NCBI GenBank assembly: GCA_029953675.1
Contig: JAMWBK010000006.1
Coordinates: 1,302,001 to 1,366,000, forward strand
Length of the DNA stretch: 64,000 nt
From: Rhodosorus marinus CCMP1338
Lineage: Eukaryota; Plantae; Rhodophyta
Reading direction: 5' to 3'
Below are positions 33,705-45,722 of the stretch, one piece after another. The position numbers were made by a program, and so were the translations under genes. Below the pieces are notes generated by a model. The model did not search any database and had not been told where the DNA came from. It worked only from the letters and a program-made list of their open reading frames with translations. Positions within the stretch are counted from its first letter, which is position 1, and every line of letters begins with the position of its first letter.

Positions 33705-36700
33705 AGATCTCTTGAATAGACTTGAAAATAGTGTTCATAGCCCGTCCGTTATTCTATTTGCAAATACATAATCGTCCTGAGAAATAAAAGATCGTACTCA
33801 AAACTGGCCTTGAATCATAGAGAGAACCCACTGGCACGATCAGGTCCGGACCCGGCTTGAAACCAGTCCTGCTTGTTGGGGGTGAAGGCCTCACCGTACC
33901 GTGAGCTTCTGGCGAAGTGGTGCCTGCGATGTGGGATGGCGGGGTTGGCTCAACGATGTCGTAACCATCAAGCGAAAGAGATGCATAAATTCTTGAGAGA
34001 GCAAAAGCCCTCGCTCTTCTTTTCGGGAAGGGGCAGCTGGCTCCAATGCTTTTGTCTGCTTTCTTTTTTGGGGGTCAAAACGTCTACAAGGGAAAAGTGA
34101 CCTATGTTCAGAGCGCCCTGTACTCGCCCCTTGAGTGATTTTCCTGCGAACTCGAGACAAATGCAAGGCGTGGACGTGTAGCTGTAGCCCTCGAGCCGTC
34201 GCGGAGAACCATTAACAAAACCAGGCTTGAGTAGATTTCAGTGATGTCTCTTAGAACACACTGCAATCTGTCGGTCCCATTTCGATTGCTAAGGATCGGG
34301 AATCACTCGCCACAACCCCTCTTGCCTTCAAAAGCCTGACGATGAAGGTCTCCCCCAGTTTCAAAGCAGTTCGTGGCGGCCGCAACTTCAATGGGCTTTC
34401 GTTTGCAAAGAAAACAGACCAATCGGTTGGGACTCGGAGGTGATACATGAACACGTAAGCCATGCAGCTAGTAGTTTTGACGAAACCATTGGGCCCACGA
34501 GGCAGACAAGAAATTGAATTAATTCCTGTTGAGGAACGGTACACTGCAACCCGAATTCATTTGCTCGCTGCCCTGCGCTGAACTGGGCCGTTAAAGATCG
34601 ATACGGAAGAGATCCTGCTTTGCGGCCACGGGGTGGGAGCTACTTGCTTCCAACGAGCAAAAGATAGTGTTAGCCTTGCAGCAGAAACAAAAATTTTGAA
34701 AACCGCCAACAACATGGCAAGGGAGTTTCCATTTTTCCCCCCCATTCATCACACCCGTACAACCTCCAGGAGAAAATAGAAAAAAAAAGGACGCCGAAAT
34801 ACCCGGGATCGGCCGCGCTCTTTACTCCAACTCCCCGTTCCAAAAAAAAGCCTCCCGTGAAGCGGGAGATTTCCACACCATTCGCATCAGAACTCTAAAT
34901 ATATACGAAAACGAACAGACGGGGAGTAGGTCCCACGTTGACCTTGACGAACTATTTTTAGAAAACAGGTCAAAACATCAAAAACCGAAGTGTTTCTTAT
35001 TACGAGAAGAACAACGTCCTTCCAGCACTGCAGTAGGCCTAGTTAGTTTCAAGGTAGCAAATGGACATGTATGAAAGTAAAAAATACATTATCATCCTCA
35101 ACGCTTCTTCTTTGTCACTTACGTACTGCAAACCTAGCACCGAGTGCAAAGGACGAAAATATCAAAATCAACCCCTCCTGAGAATTCTCCTTCATCCCAA
35201 TCCATTTCTGCTTATTCCTTTTCCAAGTACAATTGAAGCTATATCTCCGATCACGTCGAATGGGGACAATCGCCAAGGGGTGGAGGAGGGGGAGGGGGAA
35301 GAGAGTTGGTACCGATATTAAGCTGAGACGAGATATTCTTTTTGATTTTAACGTTTTCGTTGCATCTTCTCTGTGCCTTAAATTGATGTACTGAAACTTC
35401 AAATCCATTTCTTTTGTATTCAAATATATTTGGACCAATCATTTTGCTTTATTCACCGGGCGGTTGGGGCATCGTTGTTTTGCTGAGAGATCTTCTCTTA
35501 TTAGAAGTTTTTCTTTGAAGAAGGTACCTTTTCTAATGCTCCTTTCTAAAACAGCGAAGAGCGCTATGGGACTGAGAGGGGGTTAACGGATCTTGGCCAA
35601 TGGGTCCGCATTCGTATTTTTGTTCATAGCTGTTGTGCTGGGATTCCTTTTTACGTTGAATTTTGAACAAATCTTGGGCTATGGGGTTGTGGTATGGGGG
35701 GTGAGATCGACAAGCAACGGTTTCTATATTTAGTGTTTTCGAGTTCAAGATTGACGCCGCTTCTAAAAACCCAGAAGCGGCTCAAGAAACGGAATAGGGA
35801 GCCATTTGAACTTTCGGTATGAATGCTTTACGTAGTGAAGCAGGGTTGCCTTTGCTAAAATTAGAAACAATATTCATCGGATTCTATCCCCCTGGCGGAG
35901 AAAAACCCGAATCACGAGTTGCCTTTTCTTGTGAATTCGAGTGTAAATTGCAATCGGAATCTGTCTGGCCTCACCCCCTTCTGAATCGAGTCCAGTGTTT
36001 CTAAAATTAGAAGTAAAACTTTTTCCAAGGGGTTAACCAGAAATCTTAGTCCGCAGAAAGTGACTATTCTTTGGCGAAAGCGAAGATTTTGGGTTTGAAT
36101 CGACTTGTTTTAACAGGGGTAGGAACTTCCCCCTCGACTTCCCCGGTTGAAAACGCTCTGATTAGCCAATGGATAGATAGACGCGATTAAAAAAAAGAGA
36201 CCTGCAATTTCCATCCAAACCCAGGGCTAGTGAAAACGATCTAAAAGTTTTAGCAAGACGAAAATATTTTCGCTTCAAAATCTCCTTGGTTTTTATCTTT
36301 ATTTCACTCTCAATCAGATCGGGTCCGCTTGTGTTCGGGAAAGAAAAACCGAGATTCTCACCAAAGAAGCTGAAAAATGGAAAAACTTATAAAGGAATTC
36401 CGTGTTGAGCACTGTCCTTTTTATGCAACCCGCGTTATTCACAAGTTTTAATACGTTTTTGTTTCTTACATCCTTAGGCTCATCTCCCATAAAATCCTGC
36501 CCCTCAAAACCGACCATTTTCTTGCTTTGGCTAGGGCCGACGTCATCACATCATGATACTATTACTTTGACCGTTCGCCACCTCTCAGACTGTGCTGGTT
36601 TTCTTTCTTCCTTGCTGGTGAATTTTAATGGGAATTAATCGATTTGGATTATGTCTATTTTTGGCACCCGCTATCGGTTCAGGAAATGCCCGTTGTCACC

Positions 36701-37564
36701 AAATCTTTTTGTGTAGAACTCCGTAGAAAAATTCTGGTCCATGAACTGCGTATAAAAATAGATGTAGAGAGACATTTCCTCTTTTGAGATCGTTGAAGTA
36801 ATATGTGTCAGAGCCGTTTCCTTGGGTGTAGTGCGTATGTGAGTGGATGTGTATAAGGTGCGCCCTTTTTCCTCTTAATTCATTTATTTTTGAGGCAGAC
36901 CATCGGGAGTGCTTTCTCTGTTCTTTTTAATTTGATTCCTTTTCACTAGCGAAAAATCTGGGAATGAATAGAACAATTGATAAGGCGGTTTTCACATTCT
37001 CAATTTGATTGGCTAATTAAATACGGTACTGAAATTGAATAAAATTAGACGTTTGTTTCCTGAAAAACTGTTGTTCTACATCCCGCGATATCCTCAACCG
37101 CAATAAGTTTGTTCAATATTTCTTAATAGGTTTTTGGGTTTTGGGGTTGTTGGGGTTTGGGGGGAGAGTGAACAAAGGCGGGGGTGCGTGTGGGGGTGGG
37201 TATCTGTCTCCATGGCCGGTGGAGGGTTCCTTTCTTTTTTGTTTGGGACCCGTTTTGGTCGTTTTTATTTCGGTTTTTGGTGAAAATGTTGAGAGTGAGG
37301 GGGGTGTGGGGGAAGCTAAAAGGCATCTGCAAAGAGGAGGGCGGGGGGGAAGAGGGTTGGGTTTTGTGAGTCCCCGGGACGTGTAGCTGTGTTGAACAGA
37401 ACTGAGCTTAGCATGTGCTGAGTATATGTATGCCAGAGTCGGCGGTTTCATATGGAGAGGGGCCTGGGGAGGTGTAGATTACTGTGTAAGGCTTAAGAGC
37501 TTAGGGTGTAAGTGTTAGTGGGGAATGGGAGATAGTAAACTTGCTTGTGCTTTGTGAAAGATCA

Positions 37565-38236
37565 ATGATGGACTGTTTGACGCTTGGTTTTGACTTGGAT
37601 ACCCAGTGGGGTGATGATGAGGACGTGTCGGTTGTTTCCCGAGTCTCGGACTTGGACAGTTCTCCGTTCGAGAAGCGGAACTCGCTCGTCCCTCCTGTGA
37701 CGTTGAGCACAATCAACTCGTTTGATAGAAACGCGGAGATGAAGCTGGTGGATCTGATCCTGCGGAGTCCGCGACCAGCACCTGATGCTGAGAACTCCAA
37801 CATTAAGAAGGAGACAGTTGTCCACTCGGCTCCTGTGAGAAAGCCCTCACTGGAGAGAAAACGTACATACACAACTGCAGCATGCCCTATCTGCCAAAAG
37901 GTCTACTTCAGAAAGTACGAAATGATGCGACATCTCAAGGCAGTGCACTTGAGAATGAAGCCCTTCCACTGCAGCATGTGCTCATTCAGCTTCTCCAGGA
38001 GAACACTCTTGAAACTTCACGTGATGAAGATTCATAACCTGCATTCGGACTCACTTGTCGACGGGAAAGAGGAGGCTGAGATCGTTGGGAACGACCAGCA
38101 CCTAAACGACAATGAGCACGAATTAGTGAGCGAGCTGGAGGCGACGCAGTTCACGCTCTCATCCGAATCGGAGCCTACTGGGTGGAGGAACTCCGAGCGG
38201 GGGTACATGCAAACAAGTGAACGGAGGAAACTCTGA
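37565..38236 (+). CDS. C2H2 zinc-finger protein (two fingers)
   Basis: CPICQKVYFRKYEMMRHLKAVH-LRMKPF-HCSMCSFSFSRRTLLKLHVMKIH. Confidence 0.88.
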   Translation: MMDCLTLGFDLDTQWGDDEDVSVVSRVSDLDSSPFEKRNSLVPPVTLSTINSFDRNAEMKLVDLILRSPRPAPDAENSNIKKETVVHSAPVRKPSLERKRTYTTAACPICQKVYFRKYEMMRHLKAVHLRMKPFHCSMCSFSFSRRTLLKLHVMKIHNLHSDSLVDGKEEAEIVGNDQHLNDNEHELVSELEATQFTLSSESEPTGWRNSERGYMQTSERRKL

Positions 38237-39496
38237 CTCTGATACGAAGAGATGAGAACTACAACCAACCGAGAGTGAGGACTTCCTATACCAATTACTG
38301 GCCTGTGTCGTTATTATCCCGTGAATGGCCATCACCGATTTATGTAACAATAACCCTCGGAAGAGCGGAAGAGGCGAAAAGAATGCTCGTTGCTTGCTGA
38401 AACGCGGGTGCAAACCTATTCTATAGAAATCAAAAAGAAATTTCCATGTTGATTAAAAAAAGGAAATGTGAATTTGTATATCACCAAAACGACTGCTCTT
38501 TCGGCGCACTGTATGAGTATTTTTCTTCCACCTACTCCCGCCCTCCGCAAGGCCTCTATCCTCAAGTGGACGTTGCAGGCCACGACCCAACCAAGTTTTC
38601 TGGAACAAAGAAACTATTCAAAATTGACTTAATTGCAATCAATAAGCGTGAGCATTGAATCCATATCATTTCGAAATGTACGTCTCCGGACCAAAAAAAA
38701 CGCTCCAGATATGGTGCTAAGTTTATTTATGAATAAGAAAAATCTCGCGAAGGAAGTTTTTGGTCTTAATTAAAGAACGAAGTAGATCAAGGGCAAGAGA
38801 CTCTAAGATATGCAATATATCCCCAAAATAGAATGTTTAGGGTACATATTTGTACTATTTGCCAGATTAAGTATTTCACGCATATTTTTGTGGGCGGTGT
38901 CTAGATCTAGAAAACAATATTCTAGTTTTGTGACACGACTCTTTCTTCCGGGGCTGGAGCTCTTGCATTACACGAACGACGGTTAGGTCACCAACGTCCG
39001 GGGTTTGGTTAATGGCACTTCGGCATCGCCCCAGATAATGGTTTGATGCCAACTGTTGAAGGCGAGCATGGGCTTCAGAGAGAGACCGGACACTGTATAG
39101 AGCACAAGAATAAGCTTAGAGGGGATAACGGACTAGAAGCAATGGGCAGATGGGCGATGAAGAGCCTGCTCATGCTATTGGAAAGGATGTCGTAGTGCCG
39201 CTTTTCTCAAACTCCGCGTCCATAGGGAGGACTAACGATAACATACGATCATGGTATTTTCCCTCGAAGCAATAGGGGGTGTCGGCATCATCCTGGGTTT
39301 TTGCCCTTGAAAATATCGTTCGATGAAAATTGATTTTTTTGCTGTTCATCTGAAATAACAATGTACGTCAGTCAAATTGCGCTACAGACTGAGAAGCGAA
39401 GAAGGCAGTGAAGGCTCGGTCCCTCGCCTTGGTGTTTGGCATGTTCAAAAACCTCCGCGCTGATCATGACATGCTACATTTGCATCAAGAAGAGTT

Positions 39497-42013
39497 CTAA
39501 AAATAATTGTCCCCTCTGCTGTTCCATCCTGCGGGTGGTTGCGGTCTCGGTGTGGCTGCTGGCTCTCCATTTGGTCTTCTTGGTATAACACGGTACAATC
39601 GGCAATTATCCACCACGGCTCGACCGTTGTCTGCGAGCAGCCTAACAATGTAATTACCGTCCTCTGGTACACTGAACCTCATCTGCTTCTCTCCAAAGTC
39701 CGCTTCTCCCATATAATACGCCCTCTCATAGCCCCTTGCGACCGGAACAGGCGTCCGGTCTCTAAACACCAGAAACCTTACCAACAGCCCAACGGTAGCG
39801 CAGGAAAGACGATACGTGAAGCTCTCTCTGAGCCGAACCACCTGCTGAACCATGCCCCCTACTGGCAAGTACAAACCAGCGGTTCCCCGTCTCCTATACA
39901 ACTCAGAGATCCTCGCACCACCAGCAAAATCCCAGGCAGAGTCGGACTCGAAACCACGATTCTGAAGAAGCGGTGGCCCTATCTCATACCAATCCACTGT
40001 TGGAGGCGGGGCTGGAGCGCCGATAGGATATGCGAATGGAGAATCACATAGCTCTGGCTCCTCACCAGTTACCCCATCGATTCCATCCAGAGCACAGCAA
40101 GCCGCCCCCTCGCAATTGTCCACCTGAATAGTCACGGAGCTGATCGTCCCTCCACCAGAACCAGGAGGGTATCTGATCGTAACCTTGGGATTGCGCCCCA
40201 GTCGCTCCAAGCTCACGGTAGCGCTGAAGGCACCAAACCAAGCGAACTTGTTGTGGTCACGCTTCCCGCCCGCAAAATCGGGGTGGTACTGAACCGGAAC
40301 ACCATTCACCTTAACTTCAGGATCGTCGCTCCTAGACCAGCCCCGGGAGTGCGCAACTCTGATAGTTCCAACTCCTCTGCCTGTAGGTAGGCCATTGAAC
40401 ATAAATACATGATCCACACCAGATCGGATATCGACCAACACCTTGTCGGAATAGTGTCTGGTCCTGTTGATCTCGCGCCTAGCGTTAACGTTTTCATTGA
40501 AGGTGAACTCGTATGTAACCATTTCGTCATGTCCAATCGTGAGATTGCTGGGTAGTTGCGCTGGCCGATTGCCTGACTCCCTGGAGATGATAGTATTCTC
40601 ATACACCATCCTTCCACCTCGCTCTAGGTTGAGGGCCTTATCCCGAGCGGTGAGCGGAGCATCCACCAGGTAGAGTCGTTTCCTGCTTACCCTCTCCAAG
40701 CGCCTTGAAATGGTTCCCGGAAACTTGAACTGCAAGTCCACGGGAGAATCGCGGAGATTCTGAATAAGCATCCACGATTTGTTTCTGCTAACGAACGAGT
40801 GCACATAGATATCCGGATGTGATGAAGTGGAGTAGGTGAACCGTCCGGAAACTCCTTGGAGCAGTCGATAGTATCGTACGAGGTTGGTCATTCTGAAATT
40901 GGCTTCACTTCTCGCCACGGTCAGTGACCAGGGATATTTAGGGTCTCCCGGGTCGACTCGAAACCCTCCGTCGGCTGTCATGAAAGTGACCGCCTTGTCG
41001 ATATTATCCGGCGTCCTGAGCAATCCATGCAAGACCTTCATCGCCTCTGCCATAATCTGGAACTCCTGTCCATCAGTACCGGGCATCGCTTTCCTATTTT
41101 CCTTGTCATACCATATCCTGTTGAAGGATCCGAACTCGGACGCGACGTACTTGTAGATCTTCCCTTTCTGGATTTTCATGTAAGTCTCAAGGAGGTCAAT
41201 ATTCCCCTCAAGAATTCCACCTCCAACGTCGTAGAGATGCTCGGATATGAAATCTTGGCAGTCGTTGATGTTGTCCAGCCAGACCTTCATTTTCTCCCGG
41301 AAGTAGTCGAAGCGATGAAAGTACGGGCGAGTGAACGCAGCGGCTGGTCCTCCAACTTTCATGTCTGGGTGGAAGAGCTTGACTGTGGTGCAAAGTCTGT
41401 TGCATCTTCTCGTTAACCTTATTATCATTTCCCTTTCCGTTTGGTCGCCTGGACGGAGGGCTCTCCATTTGCCGAGTGGTTCGTTAAAACACTCATAAAT
41501 CAGAGGTCTGTAGTAGCCTCTGGAGTCATCGAAATAGTAGTTGAAGTAATTTGCCGCGTAGTAGTCATCATCACGGCTGAAACGGTTGATGACAGTTCTC
41601 ATGCGCAGTGCGGTATCGGAAACGATTCGCAGAGGCTTTATCTGCGTCCTTGTGAAACCACAATCCTTGCAGAAATACTTCGTCAGCATTGCCCTCCTTC
41701 CCGCCGTCTCCATCTCTTGCTCTGTGATACTGTCTTGCTCCCACAGGTCGGAAGCGGTAAAAGGCCCATCTCCCCCGCTCCGACCGAAGTCAATGTTGAG
41801 GGGGTCGGCAAACCTTCTCATAATCTCCTTCGGAACTTGGGCCTCGCTGTACCTCCCATGTGCGACTACGAAAACATCCCTGTCGAACCTGACGGTTCCC
41901 TCGGTTCTCAAGATCGTCTCTAAATCACACGTGATCGACTCCTGCTTCGTTCTGAGACCTGCAACCATCCCAACGGTGGTGACCACCAACAACGAGATCC
42001 AGAAACCTGCCAT
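39497..42013 (-). CDS. Secreted GH86 beta-porphyranase/beta-agarase-like glycoside hydrolase with C-terminal CBM-like domain; 838 aa, intronless
   Basis: Signal peptide. Clan GH-A motifs YECFNEP and ASEFG. KVGGPAAAF, FREKMKVWLD, FISEHLYD and NIDLLETY match remembered GH86 porphyranase A segments. A BPA_C-like segment WFGAF...GGTISSVTIQV is followed by an LLQNRGFE module. Confidence 0.8.
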   Translation of the reverse strand: MAGFWISLLVVTTVGMVAGLRTKQESITCDLETILRTEGTVRFDRDVFVVAHGRYSEAQVPKEIMRRFADPLNIDFGRSGGDGPFTASDLWEQDSITEQEMETAGRRAMLTKYFCKDCGFTRTQIKPLRIVSDTALRMRTVINRFSRDDDYYAANYFNYYFDDSRGYYRPLIYECFNEPLGKWRALRPGDQTEREMIIRLTRRCNRLCTTVKLFHPDMKVGGPAAAFTRPYFHRFDYFREKMKVWLDNINDCQDFISEHLYDVGGGILEGNIDLLETYMKIQKGKIYKYVASEFGSFNRIWYDKENRKAMPGTDGQEFQIMAEAMKVLHGLLRTPDNIDKAVTFMTADGGFRVDPGDPKYPWSLTVARSEANFRMTNLVRYYRLLQGVSGRFTYSTSSHPDIYVHSFVSRNKSWMLIQNLRDSPVDLQFKFPGTISRRLERVSRKRLYLVDAPLTARDKALNLERGGRMVYENTIISRESGNRPAQLPSNLTIGHDEMVTYEFTFNENVNARREINRTRHYSDKVLVDIRSGVDHVFMFNGLPTGRGVGTIRVAHSRGWSRSDDPEVKVNGVPVQYHPDFAGGKRDHNKFAWFGAFSATVSLERLGRNPKVTIRYPPGSGGGTISSVTIQVDNCEGAACCALDGIDGVTGEEPELCDSPFAYPIGAPAPPPTVDWYEIGPPLLQNRGFESDSAWDFAGGARISELYRRRGTAGLYLPVGGMVQQVVRLRESFTYRLSCATVGLLVRFLVFRDRTPVPVARGYERAYYMGEADFGEKQMRFSVPEDGNYIVRLLADNGRAVVDNCRLYRVIPRRPNGEPAATPRPQPPAGWNSRGDNYF

Positions 42014-43774
42014 CCTGCCTATCCCTATCCGAGACCATGCGTCCTCAGATTATCCTCAGCAGCGCAAGCATCGCAAACGGACTCACCCTGACCATGGTTT
42101 CTCCTATTTATACGTTCAGATCTTCTCCAACCAGGCATCCCGCCACAACTCAAATTTACAATCGGGTTTCTGTTTCGACTCCAGATCCCGTTGTCCAACT
42201 CTGCCCTTTTCAGTTTCGTTTCGTTCATTAGTTCCTTTACCATTGTAATTTTGGTAGAACTTACTCTATACCAATCACAGGATCAGAACAAACAGTCCAA
42301 CTCTCAACAAACCAAACAACAGTGAAACGATCAAGATCACCACAAACGCACAGTCTCCAGAGTTTCATTGAATTGGACCCCCGAGTCATATGGGCCCCCT
42401 TTTTTTCAAGTCATTTCAAAGAAAACAATCTTAAGTTTCGATACTTTTTCTAAGTCTTCCCCCAAAAATATCTAAATTTCCTTCCAACATTTCTCATGTT
42501 TTCACATAATAATTACAACGATTGTAATTATGCAATATGTACTCTATTTGAATTGTTGAAGAAACATCCGCAAGCGTTGGTTTACCGATCTCTACGTTGG
42601 GGATCTTTTATTCTTCTATTCATGATAGGAACTGCGTAGTTCCGTTCTTTTTTAGCTGAAATCTTTAGAGGGAGATCTTTTCGAGAAGAGAGTAATTAAG
42701 GCCAAAGGAGAGGAGGGTTTTTAGGTGCGCACCGCACGAAAGGGCTATAGAATCACCTTAGAAAATATAATTTATAGTTGCTGTAGTGAGAAAGTTGAAA
42801 ACGAGCGGAGGGTAATTGAAGGCTGATAGTTGAACGAAGTTGTTTTGGACTAAGCAAAAAAACGCTTCTCCCCCCTCCGTCAGCGTCAGGGTAAGGTGTA
42901 CCAATCGATCACTCGTAGATCTTGACCAATGTTGTTTATTATTGCTTATTTTGTCCTCTTTCTTCCTCGTGTCCTCCTAAACTCATCTCTTTCTAGGTAT
43001 GTTTTGTCTATATGTAGTCTATGAAAAAAACAACACCTCAAGAAAATTCGTTAATTGTCTCGTACTTTTGTAGAATTTACCTTTTTCATATACCTTTTCG
43101 AAGATCTCGACGTTTGCATGATCTGCGTTTTTGATCATTAACTACGTGAAATACTACCTTGTTCTTCCTCTACTTTTGAAACTATTATCCATAAAATTGA
43201 TCACAAAAACGGCTCGTGCATGCACTCCGGCAACTTTTTACCCCCCCCCTCCCCCCCACCTCCCCCGATGTGTTGTGAGAGGTTTTCAAGAAGGAGAAGT
43301 GTTTTGATTGTTGATATTATCGGACGGTACTTCTAGCAGAAAACACGTCAGAATCGATGAGCTATTTTGTCGCTCACACAAACCCAGTTAGTTTTAATTG
43401 AAAGTTCACTTTACGCTCATTTGATCTGTTTGCCCATATTCCCAGATTGCTTGCATCGTTCAGCTTAAACAGTTTTCCCCTTTTCTCTGTTCTATTGATG
43501 GTATCTTGATTGGTTTACGTGGGTCTATGCTTCGACAAAATAAGACTGAGAAACTGATTTTGTTCTATTTATGTACTCAAAACATGAGCTAATCAGGTGA
43601 AGGTTCGTATCCAGCTTGATTGGCTGGTTTATCTAGTCATTGAGGATTATTAAACCGAAAAATACGGGTTGTTATTAACCAATTATATCATCTTCAATTG
43701 TGGGAGTGTATTGAAAGGTTTTACTCTCGAAACAATTGGTAGTGCTAGAACGGGAACTACGTATGTTGATGTGG

Positions 43775-44238
43775 GTATGAAGGATGACCGACATGGTCGG
43801 GTGAGTTTGCGTTTACTTTGCCCCACGTGTATTTCAAGTCAGCACTATTTTGGGCGCGGAGAAGCTCGATCGTGTCATCGATGGTCTGTGGCTAGAGTTC
43901 GAAAAGTACATCTACGTATGATGTTATAGGTATGCACGATAATGAGCGATATGGCAAAATTCGGGTGAGGTTGCCCACTTTGCCCGACGTTTATTTCAAG
44001 CCTCACTATTTCGGACTCCGAGAAGCTCGATCGCGTCATCGATTATCTGTGGCCAGAGTTCGAAAAGTACATCTACGTATGACGTTGGGTATGAACGATA
44101 ATGACCGACATGGCAAAATTCGGGTGTGTTCGCGTACTTTGCCGGACGTTTATTTCAAGCCACTATTTTGCACTCCGATAAGCTCGATCGCGTCACCGTT
44201 TATCTGTGGTCAAGAGTTCGAAAAGTACATCTACATAT
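43775..44238. repeat. Diverged tandem repeat, ~160-bp unit x3
   Basis: The anchor GTTCGAAAAGTACATCTAC starts at 43897, 44058 and 44216 (spacings 161 and 158). Confidence 0.9.
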
Positions 44239-45722
44239 AAGAAGTTGACAATTAGGTAAGGGTGCTCGGCACGTGTTGAGGATTGAAGTCGCGGACCCTG
44301 GCAAGCATCCAACAGCCATTGGCCGCGGGGATATCACCACCGCCGGCAAAACTACTATCCGGTACTCCGTTCTTTGGACGACGAAGAGCGGGAGGAATTG
44401 TCAGACCCGAGAGCTGAAGGATTACACAAGCAGCCAGGAACTTCTGGAAGAACATAGACCGTTGGTTTGACTGGGATGAACCAGGCAGGGATCCTCGTCT
44501 GACTAGTTAGCGACCACCAACAGCTCAGATGGAGTGAAATCCGCAGCAGTGGTGGGTAACGTCGGCAATACTGCGCTACCAGGCCTACGGAAGGCGACGT
44601 AGTTTTAAACCGTAACGCGACCGTGACTGCACACATCAATGACATCCCAATCAACTAGTTCATTGATACCAGAACTAGTCACTCGGTTATCTGGTATGAG
44701 TCCATTTCCGTGAAGTATTTACCCCGGATGTTCGTTTAATCCTTCTCATCTCTTGGGTCTGCGAAGGGGGGAGGGGACGGAGTGATTCCCCATTAACTCA
44801 TGTTGAGAGCATGAAATAGGGGCATAGTTCTAGTCTTATTTTATTGAAACATAGACCCTTGGCTACTAATGGGCATCCCGTTCCTCGTCTTTCTTCCAGC
44901 ACTACAGCGCCTCTTGCAAGCCAGCATAGCTACCTGAGACGTATTGGAATATGAGATTGGCTTCATCGAGAGATTGGGTCGGAGGATCGGAGGAAAATAT
45001 ATTTAAATCCTGAAAGTGGGTTTGTCCTTAGAATTTAACAATAAATCAAAAATATTCGCTGTTGTATCAAATTGAATTTGGATGGATTAGCATGAATGAG
45101 CGATTAAATCTATTTTTGCATAGGTTTTTCTTCCATGTGCTTGGGCAAACTAAATCCGTAGTGACCGGGGATAAAAGGAGGGGGAAGGGGGAGGGGTTGT
45201 TTCGTAATTTCTCTAGTCAAGATGGTGCAAACTGAGCCGTCCTTCTTGTCTCGATTTACGAATGGTATTGTCGATCATGCTTCCTTCAATGAAAACGTGA
45301 ATTTCATTTAACAAGAGACTCCTGCAGTTCACATAGAAAGGTGAGATGGGGATTTCCGCCACCTTCGAGCAGCCTTGTGTGGACGGCCATCGGTTAGGCC
45401 TTGTTCTCCAGTCTTGTCATTGGTGTCTCTCTTTCCGACGTCGTTCAAAAGTGGGAACGGGCAAGACGAATCCTCGACGAGGTCTGTCCTGTGTTTTGTA
45501 GATTTGGTGGCTTGCTACGTAAAAGGGTCAAAGTTGTTGATAGCACTGGCCTTGGCTTGCCACTCCACGGAACCGCCGAACATGCGGACGCCTCACTTCC
45601 GCAAGAGACAGCTTCAGGTTTTCTGTCCAGTGCTACTAGCAAAGGTTTGCACTACCAATGCGACTAGTCCCTCCTTAAAAGCCCCCCGGACTCCAAATGC
45701 GTGTGGCAGAAACAGCATATCT

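Noticed and set aside
26424-42013. Bacterial contamination as the explanation for the GSDH and GH86 genes
   Set aside because: They are interleaved with eukaryotic genes and TEs, show no operon or Shine-Dalgarno context, and the GSDH has a local decayed duplicate. This is not fully excluded without read-level checks.
43775-44238. CRISPR-like array
   Set aside because: The whole 160-bp unit is homologous (no unique spacers), there are no cas genes, and the context is eukaryotic.
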